Below are positions 61,986 through 64,000 of a stretch of DNA of 64,000 nt, piece after piece (position 1 is the first letter of the stretch; each line of letters opens with the position of its first letter). Position numbers and translations under genes: made by a program. The DNA comes from an uncultured Gemmatimonadales bacterium (GTDB taxonomy: Bacteria > Gemmatimonadota > Gemmatimonadetes > Gemmatimonadales > GWC2-71-9): positions 1 to 64,000 of the forward strand of contig CAWCFX010000002.1 in assembly GCA_963795085.1 (NCBI GenBank). Direction: 5' to 3'. The notes beneath the pieces were generated by a model, which worked only from the letters and a program-made list of their open reading frames with translations, was not told the DNA's origin and did no database searches.

Positions 61986-64000
61986 GTGACTCGCGAATCG
62001 CTTCGCCGCCGCTGGCTGGTATCCCTCCTTCTCGTGGCGGCCGCCGGGTGTGGCGGGGATGGACCGTCCGAACCCGGCAACCCGGATCTGCAGATATCCG
62101 TTGCTGGTGGTAACAACCAGGCGGGAACCGTGGGCGCCGGTCTGCCCCAGCCGGTTCAGGTCCTGGTGACCGACGTCCTCAACCGGCCGGCGGCCAACCG
62201 GGTGGTGAACTTCTCGGTGCTTACTGGCGGAGGCAGTACCACGAATACCACCACGACCGACGCGAGCGGCCATGCCACCGCAACCTGGCAGCTGGGGACC
62301 GTCGCCCTGTCCAGCCAGACGCTGGAGGCCCGGGTGCTGACACCGGCGGGCACCCGGAAATCAGTCGCATTCACGGCCATCGCGGTGGCCGGGGCGCCTG
62401 ACACCATCACCGCCGTTGCCGGGACCTCCCTGAGCGCGGCCGCGGGAACTCCGGTACGCACCCTTCCTTCCGTCCGGCTGGCTGACGAATACGGGAACCT
62501 GGTGGCGGGCCACACGGTGAACTTCGTCGTGACCCAGGGCGGCGGTACGGTCCAGACCGGGGCCCCGGTGAGCAACGCCATGGGCGTCGCGACGGTGGGC
62601 GGCTGGACGCTGGGAGCCGCGCAGGGTCCCAATGCGCTGACCGCGACCGCGCAAGGCACGGCGACCGGGGTGGTGTTCCAGGCTACTGGCACGTCGCCGG
62701 TGGCGAGCCAGGTGGCGGTCCTGACCGAGCCGACCGGAGCCCTGGTCAGCGGGACAACCCTTGGGCAGCAGCCAGCCGTCCAGGTTGCCAACGCGAGCGG
62801 CGACCCGATCCTGGAGCCCAACATTTCGGTCACAGCCTCGGTGGCCGATGGCGCCGGCGGCGCGACCCTCACCGGCACAGTGACGGCCACGACGGACGCC
62901 AACGGCACGGCGACCTTCACCAACCTTGGTCTGGCCGGGACGGTGGGCAGCTACACGCTGGACTTTACCGCGGCCGGCCTGGCGCCGGACACGTCGGGAG
63001 CCATTGCCCTCTCGGCGGGACCGGCCACCACGATGATCGACAATGTCGGCACCCACCAGTCCGTCAATGCCGGCAGCAGTGTTCCCACGGCGCCCTCGGT
63101 CCAGATTACCGACGATTGGGGCAACGGCATCGGTGGCATCGGGGTGAGTTTCTCGGTGACCGCCGGCAATGGCCTGGTCACCGGCGGGGCCGCCACCACC
63201 GGTCCCAACGGGGTCGCCACGGTCGGATCCTGGCAATTGGGCTCCACCTCCGGGCCCAACGCGCTCACAGCGACGGCGCAGCACCCGGGACTGGCCGGCA
63301 ATCCTGTCGTCATCAACGCCACAGCCCTGGGGAACTTCTGGTCGCCGCGCGCGGCGATGCCGGTACCGCGCCGGTTCACCGCCTGGGCAGCCAACCTGGG
63401 CCTGCTGTACGCCGTGGGGGGTCGCGACGGGGCGCTCAACGTCCGCGACACCGTCGAAGTCTATAACCCGGTGGCGAACGCCTGGAGCGGCCGCCGTGCG
63501 ATGACCACGGAACGGGTGGGCGCCTCGGCCGGGTTCATCCAGGGCAAGCTTTACGTGGCCGGTGGCAACCCGCAGGGCGGAGTGCCCATCACCACGACGG
63601 AGGTCTACAGTCCCAATAACACCTGGGCCTTCGTCGCCGCGCTCCCCACCGAGCGGAACTTCTCGGCGTTCACGGTGATCAACGACAAGCTCTACCTGGC
63701 TGGCGGGGGGAACAGTGCCGGGCAGATCAAGACCACGGTGGTGTATGACCCCCTGGCCAACCAGTGGACCGCCCTGGCCGACTTGCCTGACGTGCGGAAT
63801 GACGCAGTGGCGGTGGCGCACAACGGCCTGATGTACGTGATCGGGGGCCAGGTGCTGAACACGGTTGACGGTGCCCTTCTGGTGTACGATCCCCAGGCCA
63901 ATAGCTGGACGCCGCTGGCTCCCATGCCGACCCCCCGCTACCACGCCAACGCGGAAGTCCTGAATGGCAAGATCTACGTGATCAGCGGTCTTCTCCAGGG
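61986..64000 (+). CDS. Large lipoprotein with Ig-like (Big) domains and Kelch repeats, truncated by the window edge
   Basis: GTG start, LLLVAAAGC lipobox, TTD.SG.AT..W.LG repeats, then LYAVGG/LYVAGG/VYDP..N.W Kelch repeats in the same frame; absent from the ORF track. Confidence 0.85.
   Translation, partial: MTRESLRRRWLVSLLLVAAAGCGGDGPSEPGNPDLQISVAGGNNQAGTVGAGLPQPVQVLVTDVLNRPAANRVVNFSVLTGGGSTTNTTTTDASGHATATWQLGTVALSSQTLEARVLTPAGTRKSVAFTAIAVAGAPDTITAVAGTSLSAAAGTPVRTLPSVRLADEYGNLVAGHTVNFVVTQGGGTVQTGAPVSNAMGVATVGGWTLGAAQGPNALTATAQGTATGVVFQATGTSPVASQVAVLTEPTGALVSGTTLGQQPAVQVANASGDPILEPNISVTASVADGAGGATLTGTVTATTDANGTATFTNLGLAGTVGSYTLDFTAAGLAPDTSGAIALSAGPATTMIDNVGTHQSVNAGSSVPTAPSVQITDDWGNGIGGIGVSFSVTAGNGLVTGGAATTGPNGVATVGSWQLGSTSGPNALTATAQHPGLAGNPVVINATALGNFWSPRAAMPVPRRFTAWAANLGLLYAVGGRDGALNVRDTVEVYNPVANAWSGRRAMTTERVGASAGFIQGKLYVAGGNPQGGVPITTTEVYSPNNTWAFVAALPTERNFSAFTVINDKLYLAGGGNSAGQIKTTVVYDPLANQWTALADLPDVRNDAVAVAHNGLMYVIGGQVLNTVDGALLVYDPQANSWTPLAPMPTPRYHANAEVLNGKIYVISGLLQ

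Overview
High-GC bacterial chromosomal window; Gemmatimonadota is a tentative guess from gene content and was not verified. Positions 1-11.9 kb hold a sedentary-type integron cassette array on the minus strand: 21 near-identical 97-98 bp attC sites, 22 cassettes (the first cut by the window edge) and a putative attI at ~11856. The integron integrase (15534-16511) points towards the array instead of away from it, and three metabolic/regulatory genes separate it from attI. Only ~4 cassettes look protein-coding. Nine belong to two related families of gene-less cassettes (mostly 477-493 bp). These share three ~81-bp tandem units carrying an AAGGA-NN-TCCTT palindrome, followed by a conserved TTGACG-N16-CARGTT promoter-like element aimed at the downstream cassettes; they are candidate mobile regulatory cassettes and the main finding. 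Eight other cassettes are almost free of homopolymer runs and may be consensus artefacts from a mixed population. The rest is mostly housekeeping: trxC, sulfatase, ppdK, a pur operon containing psd/pssA, htrA, truA, lexA, folK-panBC, glycerate metabolism, a GMC/Gfo-Idh-MocA/GH20 glycoside cluster, HD-GYP signalling and a truncated Ig/Kelch lipoprotein. Simple tandem-repeat tracts abut many stop codons, and one inverted pair of tracts encloses a four-helix-bundle gene beside lexA. The lexA promoter carries a candidate direct-repeat LexA box. Several single-base frameshifts suggest indel sequencing errors. All calls are from reading by eye; no searches were run.
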